Shown: piece after piece, positions 1 to 10,518 of the stretch
Layout: each line of letters starts with the position of its first letter
Numbering within the stretch: the stretch's first letter is position 1
NCBI RefSeq assembly: GCF_006345805.1
Contig: NC_043024.1
Location: forward strand, 2,604,001 to 2,668,000
Source of the DNA: Octopus sinensis
Taxonomy: Eukaryota
Reading direction: 5' to 3'
Length of the DNA stretch: 64,000 nt
The notes under the pieces: generated by a model
Database searches by the model: none
The model's input: only the letters and a program-made list of their open reading frames with translations
Told to the model about the DNA's origin: nothing
Translations under genes and position numbers: made by a program

Positions 1-222
1 ATCGTGGCCGCTGGCAGACTCCCCTGGCACCTGTGCTGGTGGCATGTAAAAAACACCCACTACACTCGCGGAGTGGTTGGCGTTAGGAAGGGCATCCAGC
101 TGTAGAAACACTGCCAGATCAGACTGGGCCTGGTGCAGCCTCCTGGCTTCCCAGACCCTGGTCGAACCGTCCAACCCATGCTAGCACGGAAAACGGATAT
201 TAAATGATGATCATGATGATGA
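1..222 (+). mobile_element. RTE 3' terminal fragment
   Basis: GGCGTTAGGAAGGGCATCCAGCTGTAGAAAC...GGATATTAAATGATGAT tail matching the RTE 3' ends. Confidence 0.85.
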
Positions 223-1145
223 TATATATGTACAAATTAAAATCCAGGAAACAGAGAAGTAGCATTAATATAGTTTATTCACTGCAAAAATTCAACATGT
301 ACACTTACAGCTGTTTCGATTTTGCTCAAAAGAAATTCCAATAATTAAAACCTTTAATTGGGCAAAATCTCATCAAAAATTGAATTAAAGAAAAGACTAT
401 TGTCTATAAAGTATACAACGTAGAGAAGAAAAGAGCTAACAATTCCAGTCTGTTATATATTTTGAGCATTGTTATCACTAGCGATATCAAGATATAACTT
501 TGTATTTTATGTGTAGATGTATATATATAGATGTACATGTAATATGTACACATATATACATGCACTAGCACTATGACCCGGCAACGACGGGTCTTTCATG
601 CTAGTTGGTAAATAAATGGTAGATAGTGAGTTATATTTCTCACTATAATTATTTTATAATGTATCGATTTAATTATTTTGTAATTTATCTATATCAGTTC
701 AATCAATTTCTTTAACAAAGTTATAAACGTGATCACGTTGTTCTCTCATTCATATGATACTATTTTTACTATAACTCACAAATCTAACATTTATTTAATG
801 CGGTTTCGATTCCCAGACCGGGCGTTGTGTGTGTTTATTGAGCGAATTTGGTAGACGGAAACTGAAAGATGCCTGTCGTATATGTGTATATATATATATA
901 TGTATGTGTGGGTTTGTGTGTCTGTGTTTGTCCCCCTAGCTTTGCTTGTCAATCGATGCTGGTGTGTTTATGTCCCCGTCACTTAGTGGTTCAGCAAAAG
1001 AGACCGATAGAATAAGTACTGGGCTTACAAAGAATAAGTCCTGGGGTTGATTTGCTTGACTAAAGGCGGTGCTCCAGCATGGCCGCAGTCAAATGACTGA
1101 AACAAGTAAAATAGAGAGAGAGAGAGTAATAGAATTATCACAGTG

Positions 1146-1635
1146 TTATGGTTTCTTTCCTGCGTGGATATGTTTGTGAGTAGTTAAGTTACCTTTTTGA
1201 GAGAAAGACTTTTCACATACATCACAGTGAAAAGGCTTCTCTCCCATGTGAATGTGTTTGTGAGAAATTAAGGTATGGTTCTGAGAGAAGGATTTACCAC
1301 AGATATCACACACGTATGGCTTCTCTCCTGTGTGAACACGTTTGTGTTTGATTAAGACATCGCTCTTTGAAAAAGACTTTCCACAGATATCGCAGTGATA
1401 TGGCCTCCCTCCTGTATGAATAAGTTTGTGTTTAGCTAAGTGATGATTTAAAGAGAATGATTTACCACAGATATCACAGTTATACGGCTTCTCTTTACTA
1501 TGAATGTGTTTATGAGGATTTAAGTCACCAGCGAGTGACTTTCCACAGGTATCACAGTAGTATAGTTCCTCTCCAGTATGGAAGGGTTTGTGTTTAGTTA
1601 AATGTTAATTTTATGAGAATGATTTACCACAACTA
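1146..1635 (-). pseudogene. Out-of-frame fossil C-terminal fingers of ZNF paralog 1
   Basis: After the stop, about 6 more finger units can be read. They end ...[18 protein letters not shown], the same as the in-frame C-terminus of paralog 3, and contain an extra in-frame TAA. Confidence 0.85.
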
Positions 1636-4347
1636 TCAGTGATATGGTTTTTCTCCTGTATGAATACATTTATGGTTAGTTAAGGCATTGCTCTGTGAAA
1701 ACGATTTACCACAGATATCACAGTGATATGGTTTCTCTCCCGTATGAATACGTTTGTGTTTACTCACGTCGTAACTTTGAGAAAAAGATTTACCGCAAAT
1801 GTTACAGGGATAGGGTTTCTCACCTGTATGAATGCGCTTATGAGTAATTAAATGATGATTCAGAGAGAAGGATTTACCACAGATATCACAGTGATAAGGT
1901 TTCTCTCCTGTGTGAATGTATTTGTGAGTAGTTAAGTGCTGATTATGAGAGAATGATTCTCCACAGATATCACACTGATAAGGTTTCTCTCCTGTGTGAA
2001 TGTATTTGTGTTTAGTTAGGTTTTGATTCTGAGAGAATGATTTACCACAGATATTACAGTGATAAGGTTTCTCTCCTGTGTGAATGTATTTGTGTTTAGT
2101 TAGGTTTTGATTCTGAGAGAATGATTTACCACAGATATCACAGTGATAAGGTTTCTCTCCTGTGTGAATGTATTTGTGAGTGGTTAAGTTGTGATTTCGA
2201 GAGAATGATTTACCACAGATATCACAGTGATAAGGTTTCTCTCCTGTGTGAATGTATTTGTGAGTAGTTAAGTGCTGATTATGAGAGAATGATTCTCCAC
2301 AGATATCACACTGAAAAGGTTTCTCTCCTGTGTGAATGTATTTGTGAGTAGTTAAGCTGTGATTTTGAGAGAATGATTTACCACAGATATCACAATGATA
2401 TGGTTTCTCTCCTGTATGAATGTATTTGTGAGTAGTTAAGTGGTATATCTGAGAGAATGATTTACCACAGATATCACAATGATATGGTTTCTCTCCTGTA
2501 TGAATACGTTTGTGTTTAATTAACTGACAACTTTTAGAGAATGATTTACCACAGATATCACAATGATATGGTTTCTCTCCTGTATGAATGTATTTGTGAG
2601 TAGTTAAGTGCTGATTATGAGAGAATGATTTACCACAGATATCACACTGATAAGGTTTCTCTCCTGTGTGAATGTATTTGTGAGTAGTTAAGTGCTGATT
2701 ATGAGAGAATGATTTACCACAGATATCACACTGATAAGGTTTCTCTCCTGTGTGAATGTACTTGTGAGTAATTAAGTTGTGATTTCGAGTGAATGATTTA
2801 CCACAGATATCACAGTGATAAGGTTTCTCTCCCGTGTGAATGTATTTGTGTTTAGTTAAGTGGTCATTTCTAGAGAATGATTTACCACAGATATCACAGT
2901 GATATGGTTTCTCTCCTGTATGAATACGTTTGTGAGTGGTTAGGTCGCTATTTCTAGAGAATGATTTACCACAGATATCACACTGATATGGTTTCTCTCC
3001 TGTATGAATACGTTTGTGAGTGGTTAGGTCGCTATTTCCAGAGAATGATTTACCACAGATATCACACTGATAAGGTTTCTCTCCTGTGTGAATGTATTTG
3101 TGAGTAGTTAAGTGGTGATTATGAGAGAATGATTTACCACAGATATCACAATGATATGGTTTCTCTCCTGTATGAATACGTTTGTGAGTGGTTAGGTCGC
3201 TATTTCTAGAGAATGATTTACCACAGATATCACACTGATAAGGTTTCTCTCCTGTATGAATGTATTTGTGAGTAGTTAAGTGGTGATTTCGAGAGAATGA
3301 TTTACCACAGATACCACACTGATATGGCTTCTCTCCTGTATGAATACGTTTGTGTTTAATTAACTGTCTACTTTTAGAGAATGATTTACCACAGATATCA
3401 CACTGATATTGTTTCTCTCCTGTATGAATACGTTTGTGAGTGGTTAGGTCGCTATTCCCAGAGAATGATTTACCACAGATATCACACTGATAAGGTTTCT
3501 CTCCTGTATGAATGTATTTGTGAGTAGTTAAGTGGTGATTTCGAGAGAATGATTTACCACAGATATCACACAGATATGTTTTCTCTCCTGTATGAATATG
3601 TTTGTGTTTAATTAACTGACTACTTTTAGAGAATGATTTACCACAGATATCACACTGATATGGTTTCTCTCCTGTATGAATACGTTTGTGTTCAATTAAC
3701 TGACTACTTTTAGAGAATGATTTACCACAGATATCACACTGATATGGTTTCTCTCCTGTATGAATACGTTTGTGTTTAATTAACTGACTACTTTTAGAGA
3801 ATGATTTACCACAGATATCACACAGATATGTTTTCTCTCCTGTATGAATACGTTTGTGTTCAATTAACTGACTACTTTTAGAGAATGATTTACCACAGAT
3901 ATCACACTGATATGGTTTCTCTCCTGTATGAATACGTTTGTGAGTGGTTAGGTCGCTATTTCCAGAGAATGATTTGCCACAGATATCACAATGATGTGAC
4001 TTAACCACAATGTTGATGCATTTGTGAATAGCTAAGCTATGATTCTGAGAGAATGATTTACCACAGGTGTTACAGCGATACGGCTCGACACCTGCGTGAA
4101 TGTGTTTATGTGTGGTCAAACGAACCTTTTCAGAGAATGATTTACCACAGATGTCACAGTGATAGAGATCCTCTCCTGCATGGAAACATTTGTGAATCGT
4201 CTGTTCATCTTTGAGAAAGAAGGACTTGTTGCAGACATCACAGTGAAATGAAGTTTTCTCTTCTTCTTCTGTTTCATCTTCAGTAAAATCAATCCTTAAC
4301 GACTGTGTATTACAATTAACCTCATTATCACGTAATTCATTTTCCAT
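1636..4347 (-). CDS. Poly-C2H2 zinc-finger protein, paralog 1 (903 aa, 31 finger units, short acidic N-terminus, no recognisable effector domain)
   Basis: Uninterrupted ORF of 28-aa CxxC...HxxxH units with TGEKPY linkers. The stop arises from a 2-bp deletion (TGT GAT to TGA T). Confidence 0.93.
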   Translation of the reverse strand: MENELRDNEVNCNTQSLRIDFTEDETEEEEKTSFHCDVCNKSFFLKDEQTIHKCFHAGEDLYHCDICGKSFSEKVRLTTHKHIHAGVEPYRCNTCGKSFSQNHSLAIHKCINIVVKSHHCDICGKSFSGNSDLTTHKRIHTGEKPYQCDICGKSFSKSSQLIEHKRIHTGEKTYLCDICGKSFSKSSQLIKHKRIHTGEKPYQCDICGKSFSKSSQLIEHKRIHTGEKPYQCDICGKSFSKSSQLIKHKHIHTGEKTYLCDICGKSFSRNHHLTTHKYIHTGEKPYQCDICGKSFSGNSDLTTHKRIHTGEKQYQCDICGKSFSKSRQLIKHKRIHTGEKPYQCGICGKSFSRNHHLTTHKYIHTGEKPYQCDICGKSFSRNSDLTTHKRIHTGEKPYHCDICGKSFSHNHHLTTHKYIHTGEKPYQCDICGKSFSGNSDLTTHKRIHTGEKPYQCDICGKSFSRNSDLTTHKRIHTGEKPYHCDICGKSFSRNDHLTKHKYIHTGEKPYHCDICGKSFTRNHNLITHKYIHTGEKPYQCDICGKSFSHNQHLTTHKYIHTGEKPYQCDICGKSFSHNQHLTTHKYIHTGEKPYHCDICGKSFSKSCQLIKHKRIHTGEKPYHCDICGKSFSQIYHLTTHKYIHTGEKPYHCDICGKSFSQNHSLTTHKYIHTGEKPFQCDICGESFSHNQHLTTHKYIHTGEKPYHCDICGKSFSRNHNLTTHKYIHTGEKPYHCDICGKSFSQNQNLTKHKYIHTGEKPYHCNICGKSFSQNQNLTKHKYIHTGEKPYQCDICGESFSHNQHLTTHKYIHTGEKPYHCDICGKSFSLNHHLITHKRIHTGEKPYPCNICGKSFSQSYDVSKHKRIHTGEKPYHCDICGKSFSQSNALTNHKCIHTGEKPYH

Positions 4348-5891
4348 TATTTTTCTCCTCTCACCACAAAGTCCAAATGTCTTTCTTTTTTTTATATCTA
4401 TTCCCCAGTTATTTCTGTTGCTTGAAATGCTTAGTGGTATTTCGTCTGTCTTTTTGTTCTGAGTTCAAATTCCACCGAGGTCGACTTTGCCTTTCATCCT
4501 TTCAGGGTCGATAAATAAAGTACCAGTTTCACACTGGGGTAGATATAATCAACTTAATACCTTTGTCTGTCCTTGTTTGTGCCCTCTATGTTTAGCCCCC
4601 TACTGGGCAATAAAGAAATATATATTTCCATCAACTGTAATCATTGTCAATGTCTGAGGAGGCTGCCAATTCCTTTGCAATCCAGGTTTAATTAGAATAC
4701 AGGATTGGTTTTCTTGCACCCATTCCAGGCAGTGAAGTACAGAAATGCTGCTAATAATCACACACCCAAAGAAAATCTTTTACAATTCTATAATCAATTT
4801 ATATAAACAGGGTAATATTCCTTCTGTGTAGCATCTTAGTTTCAACTTAAAGAATATATTATATATATTCATGATGTGTTCGATGTAAAATCTTCCTTTA
4901 TACTAAATATCCTGTCTGATACTCTGAAATAAAAAAGAAATAATATGAGATATAGAATATACTTGAAAAGTAAAGATTAAATAATGAAAATTTTATTACG
5001 TTTTTATACTGATAAACTGGAGATATAAACCTTTAGCTGGCCAAATAAACGTTAACACGTCAGTCTGACAAACAAACAAGGAGATTATAAGGTAGTCATA
5101 GGATGTGCTAAAAATAATAGCTAAATAGAATTTGCAAGATGTTTTCTAAAAATTCCCAAAAAGTTTTGAACCAACGACGAATTTATAATTTACATCTGCT
5201 GTTTGTTTGTTGAGCGAAGCGGTCTTCGTCCCAGAGCTCGCAAGATGGAAGAAGTTGGAAACGTGGTCCTTTGCTATTCGTAAGACCTGCAGAGGAGAAA
5301 GCAGGTCATCTCCCGACACCGAAAGCATCGACGGATGGATGAATGCGCATCCAGGCTCGGCGGTTGCGTAGGAAGTCGGGGGACAAGAAACAGGAAGAAA
5401 GAGTGAGAGAAAGTTGGGGCGAAAGAGTACAACAGGGGTTGCCACCACCCTCTGCTGGAGCATCGTGGAGCTTCAGGTGTTTTCGCTCAATAAACACTCA
5501 CAACGCCCTATCCGGGAATCGAACCCGCGAGTCCGCTGCCCTAACCACTGGGCCATTGCGCCTCCACTTACATCTGTTATATATGAAATACCAGAAGTTA
5601 TAGTGTTAAAAAAAGGAAGGACTAATGTTTACTTGGAAACGGTTGATGATGATGATGATGATGATATATATATATATTTATTGCCCACAAGGGGATATAC
5701 AAAGAGGGGACAAAGAAGGACAGACATAGGGATTAAGTCGATTACATCGACCCCAGTGCATAACTGGTACTTAATGTATCGACCCTGAAAGATGAAAGGC
5801 AAAGTCGACCTCAGTGGAATTTGAACTCATAACGTAAAGACACATGCATTTCGCCCGTCATGCTAATGTTGCTGCCAGCTCGCCACCTTCA

Positions 5892-5931
<40 letters not shown>

Positions 5932-6593
5932 TAAAACGGTAAGATAACAAAAGAAAGAAAGAAAGAGACCTCAATATTATGTAAATAGAGGAAATTTATC
6001 TATAAAATAATATGTACATTTACTCAATAGTCAAGATAAAACTCTCAGTTTCAGATGCCGAAGTGGAAATCCACAACACCATCTCTTCGGTTATCTGGCC
6101 ATCTGAAAAAACGCTATGAAAAAATACCGTTATATAAAGGGAAATTACTGTATTATAATTCTGCGCGCGAAAACCCACGTGCGTACTTATACGTCACTAT
6201 GGAAACATACACATCTTCACTCGCATTTTTCGCCAAATATATACGCATATATATACAACCTCATACACACACACACACATGCGTACCGTAAAAGTTCATA
6301 CATACGTCTATATACGCACAAACACAAGAAAAAACATGGTTAAAGGTAACAGAAAAAAAAACATAAGGAAGTATACAAAGCATAAAAACCACGTTCATAT
6401 ACGGACATGCCCCTATGCACTCATACACACACACACGCCCATATATGTACATACCCGCACATATTTATACACGCATACATACACACGCATGTACAAAAAA
6501 TGAATATATATATGTCCACCCCCCCACAAAATAATGGAAAAATACTAAGTAAAAACGTCTATATATATATGTGCATTCTCATGCCCGCACACA

Positions 6594-7040
6594 TCTCTTA
6601 TTATAAAAGGCAGATTTTATCTGCCTCCCTTTGTAACTTATAGAAATCTACAATATAGGATTTCTTCAATTACAATTTACCTAGCATTTTTAAGAGTAGA
6701 ATGCATCGGGTCATGCCAGGTCCAGTTTTTTAAAATTTAAACTCCAATTAAGCAAAATTTACAGAAAACTCACATTCTGGTGTGTATGTCAAATGCTTTT
6801 CTTAATGTGGTTTACATTAGAACATAAAATTCAAATCGGACCATGTTAACACCAAAAATTATTTACATCAAAAAGATGCTTTTTTCTATGAAAATCCCTA
6901 TTTTTTACGATTTTTTCACTGCTGTGTCGCCACTTTTCGGTGTATTTCGACCAGAAAAATGTTCACAAAATTTTTACTTTTCAAAATTACAATTCCAGCG
7001 GATCGAAACATACCCGAGCAACGCCGGGCTATACTGCTAG
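6594..7040 (+). mobile_element. Non-autonomous Helitron (447 bp), specific to unit 1
   Basis: 5' TC and 3' CTAG termini, subterminal hairpin CCCG-AGCAACGC-CGGG, inserted between A and T. The site is empty in units 2 and 3. Confidence 0.85.
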
Positions 7041-7456
7041 TATATACATATATAGACATATATATGTATATACATATATATGCACATACACACACAAAAA
7101 AGTTGGCGATTACAAAGGAATTTCACAAGAATCATATATATAGTGGAAGCCGCTTATTGTGATCATTTCCGTACAGCATTGGCCAACACCTAACAGATGA
7201 CGTTAAACAAATATAAAGTCTGAACCAATTAATTTCGATAACAATAACCGGCTGATAACGTTATCCACTATTCCGATTGACCGCCACTCCATTCCTGCCC
7301 AGCCTACATCAAAACACAACAAACTACGGCATTTCTATAAATCGCAGTATTTGCTATACAACGTCTTCAATCAGATCGTATTCCTCTCCAATATATATAC
7401 ATATATATATAATAACTTACCCCTGATGCTTAATAAATAAATAAATATTTATTTAC

Positions 7457-7530
7457 TTTCGATTTCGTCTCCAAAGAATTGAGGAAACGTGACAAGCCGG
7501 AAGTAAGGTGCGTCATGTGACTTAGACTCT
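7457..7530 (-). promoter_or_regulatory. Candidate promoter and short non-coding first exon of ZNF paralog 1
   Basis: CpG-retaining block with ETS motif CCGGAAGT (7497-7504) and TGCGTCA. Minus-strand donor GAAA|GTAAAT at 7456. Conserved at 22516 and 33040. A candidate acceptor (TTTTTTATTTCAG) lies at 4924-4925. Confidence 0.4.
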
Positions 7531-8622
7531 TTAATATATGAAACCACAAAGAGTGCTGCCGACACAAAAGCGAAACTAAGAAGGAAGGGGGAACGTAATA
7601 TTGTTGTTGACTATCACCATGGTTACTGTCTAAGCGGAAGGCGCATGGCTCGGTGGTTAGCGCATCGGGCTATCAATCGCGAGTTAGTGAGTTCGATTCC
7701 CTGGATCTTTTCGTTTTGACTGGCAGATTTTTAAAATAATTTCTTTGTAACTAAACACTTTTAAACTTAAGTACCAGTTACGCACTGGGGTCGATGTAAT
7801 CAACTTAATCCCTTTGTCTGTCCTTGTCTGTTCCCTCCTATCTTTTCCGTTTGAACAGCAGTTTTTAACATAATTTCTAGGTAACTAAGCACTTTTAAAC
7901 TTCGTGTAATGGTAGAATTTGTTACATAAAATATCTTTTTTCTCTTCGCTTTCTTGAGAAAATTCTGTAGTTCGTAAGCTACAATTATTGCTGTTGATAA
8001 ACTACGGCAGATATTGTTATCACCTCAATAGACGTCATTGATTGGTTGAAATTGCCGAAATGCAAGAAATTAAACAACAAATAGCTTACAAGCTACAGAA
8101 TTTTCTCAAGGAACCCAAGAGAAAAAGATGTTTTATAAATACATTCTACCAGTATACGAAGTTTAAAGAATAAGTCCTGGGGTCGATTTGATCGACTAAA
8201 GGCGGTGCTCCAGCATGGCCACAGTCACATGACTGAAACAAGTAACAGAGTAAAGAGAGATAGCTAGATAAACAGGTAGATAGATAGGTATGTAGGTAGG
8301 CAGATAGATAAATAGACGGACAGATAGATAGATAGACACAAATAGATAGATAGATAGATAGATAGATAGACACAAATAGACAGATAGATGGATAGACAGA
8401 TAGAAGCATTTCTTTCTTCGAAAAGGACGATTCTTTTCTTCAGCTTTAAAGCTTCAGCAAAATTGCTTTGAGTGTTCATGTTGGTGGTGGTGGCCATGTT
8501 TATAGCAGTAAGGGTTGTCTTTACTTCTATGTATCTTCTAAGGCCAGACTGGCAGTTTTCTGTGTGCGTTCAAGCGGAACAACTTCCTTTTCAGACAGAT
8601 AGATAGACAAACAGAGAGATAG

Positions 8623-8869
8623 GGTACTACTTGAGAATAGTGGTCGCGGTGCGCGCACTTACACTAGCTAGTCGTGACTAGTCGATCCTACGACTAGCTA
8701 GCAAAGTAAATACTACACAAAATAATTTTTTTTACACAAAGTAAATAATTTTTGTTAAAATAAATAAAACGCAAAAACACAAAGTAAGGATCGACTAGTC
8801 ATGACTAGCTAGCGCGGATGCACGAGTACGCGAGTGCGCGCACCGGGATTACTCTTCTCAAGTAGTACC
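8623..8869. mobile_element. MITE (247 bp) inserted in a GATA tract
   Basis: Perfect 15-bp TIR GGTACTACTTGAGAA plus 13-bp and 26-bp subterminal inverted blocks. Flanked by GATAG on both sides. Absent from unit 2. Confidence 0.85.
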
Positions 8870-9639
8870 GATAGATAGACAGACAGAGATAGACAGGCAC
8901 AGATATGCTATAGAAATAAACTTTGACGTACGCACCTTGAAGTTTTCCAGTGTTAAAACTTTCTTTGGAAGTTGCACGTCATCTTCAGCAGGTGCTTCGT
9001 GTGTGTGTGTGTGTGTGTGTACAGAGTACGGCCGAATGGTCAAGAAGATCCCTTAACAACCACGAGGTCCCTCGTTCTGTCCTACTGCAAGACACTTTCG
9101 GCAAATAACACTTTCTGCAGTGTCCAGTTGACCTGAATGAAATCGGACAGAGGGGAAAGTGCTGAACCCAGGAATTCCAAATAGGTCAGCTTCGGGTCGA
9201 AGGGGTTTTGTATGATTCCAGCGGAATCCTCGAAGACAAACGGGAATTCTGGAGCAGGGGATTCAGTTGGTCTTACACCTGAATCCTCAACGGCGAACGA
9301 CGGGGATCCACGATGTATAAAAATGTCTGTATAGGTATAGATGGAAATGGTGAGGATATTAAGAAATGGTTAATAGCAAAATGTGGGAAAGAAAAAAACT
9401 GGAATGGGCAGTGAAAAGGAAAACGAAACAGTGAAAGAAATTATATAACTTTGTTTAGGTAATTTTTTTTTAGTCCTTCTATTTTTCTGAGTTGAGCGTT
9501 AGATATGAAATTAGATATGAAATCATTCGTATCTAATTCCGGTCTTCTAATAATTATCAGTTATAAAGTGGAATTGATCAAGGAATAAAGATTTGTATGA
9601 AACTATAGCAGGAAATAAACGGAATTTGCAAGACTGAAC

Positions 9640-10320
9640 GGTTAATGGACGAGGGGAAGTAACTCTTCTTTCAACAAAAGTCCTCAATATTTTTATATAG
9701 CTTCGGGTTTAAATGACAATTAATTCAACAAATTGTTAGAAAGGATCACAAAAGTACAGTCCCCAAAATTACTGCAGGGCTTGATCACCGCCTGAAGAAC
9801 CCAGTTTCCAGAAAAACTTTTCGCTGGGAGCTGCACAAAGCCAGATTTCAAGGGAGGGCTGCAATCAGAAAACCATTACTTTCAAAAACAAACGTTGCAA
9901 AGGGTTTAGAGTGGAGTAAAAACCTACAGAAATGGTCCCTAGAGCAGTGGAAGAATGTTATTTTCTAGGACGAGTCATCCATTACCTTATTTCCGACCAC
10001 CGGCCGAATATACGTGTGAAGAGAGCCAAAAGAAGCATTTGACCCAGACTGCCTTCTTCCAACTGTTAAACATGGAGGAGGATCTGTAATGATCTGGGGA
10101 GCTATATCTTGGAAATCTGCCAGCCCAATGGTTTCCCTTCATGGCAGAATTAATAGTCAAGACTATTTAAGCATTTTATCTGATCAAATTCACCCTATGG
10201 TTGCGGAACTGTTTTTGGAGGGAAACGCAAGCTTTCGGGATGATAATGCACCAATTCACACAGCTAAAGTTGTCATTGAATGGCACGAGAAACATTCATC
10301 AACCGTTTCAAAGTAAACAT
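9640..10320 (+). mobile_element. Tc1/mariner transposase remnant
   Basis: IF*DES, KHGGGSVMIWG and FRDDNAPIHTAK motifs, with stops. Confidence 0.85.
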
Positions 10321-10369
10321 TAGTCCTTGCTCTTTTTAACACAATAACTTCTGGTATTTCATATACAGC

Positions 10370-10512
10370 AGATCTTTCCTTCTATGTTTCTGACGAAGAG
10401 CTCCGCTTGAAACGTTAAACCCTCCTTCTTTCCTGAGCGTCCAATAATTCTATATTTGTTCCACGTCCTCGCGTTGTTGTGTTTTTTTTAGCTTTCTTGT
10501 TTGGATTAACTA
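10370..10512 (+). mobile_element. Penelope-like terminal-repeat fragment, family A, with hammerhead-like motif
   Basis: GTTT-CTGACGA-A-GAGCTCCGCTT-GAAAC-GTT-AAAC. Other copies at 25035-25170 and 62420-62620. Confidence 0.55.
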
Positions 10513-10518
10513 TATATA

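Larger units (their letters stand above)
1..10518. repeat. Segmental duplication unit 1 (ZNF plus flanks)
   Basis: Collinear high similarity to ~13800-25200 and ~25610-33460, including unique flanking DNA. Confidence 0.88.

Noticed and set aside
6055-6291. ORF MPKWKSTTPSLRLSGH... conserved in all three units
   Set aside because: Conservation follows from recent duplication. It overlaps a repeat and a (CA)n tract and has no domain.
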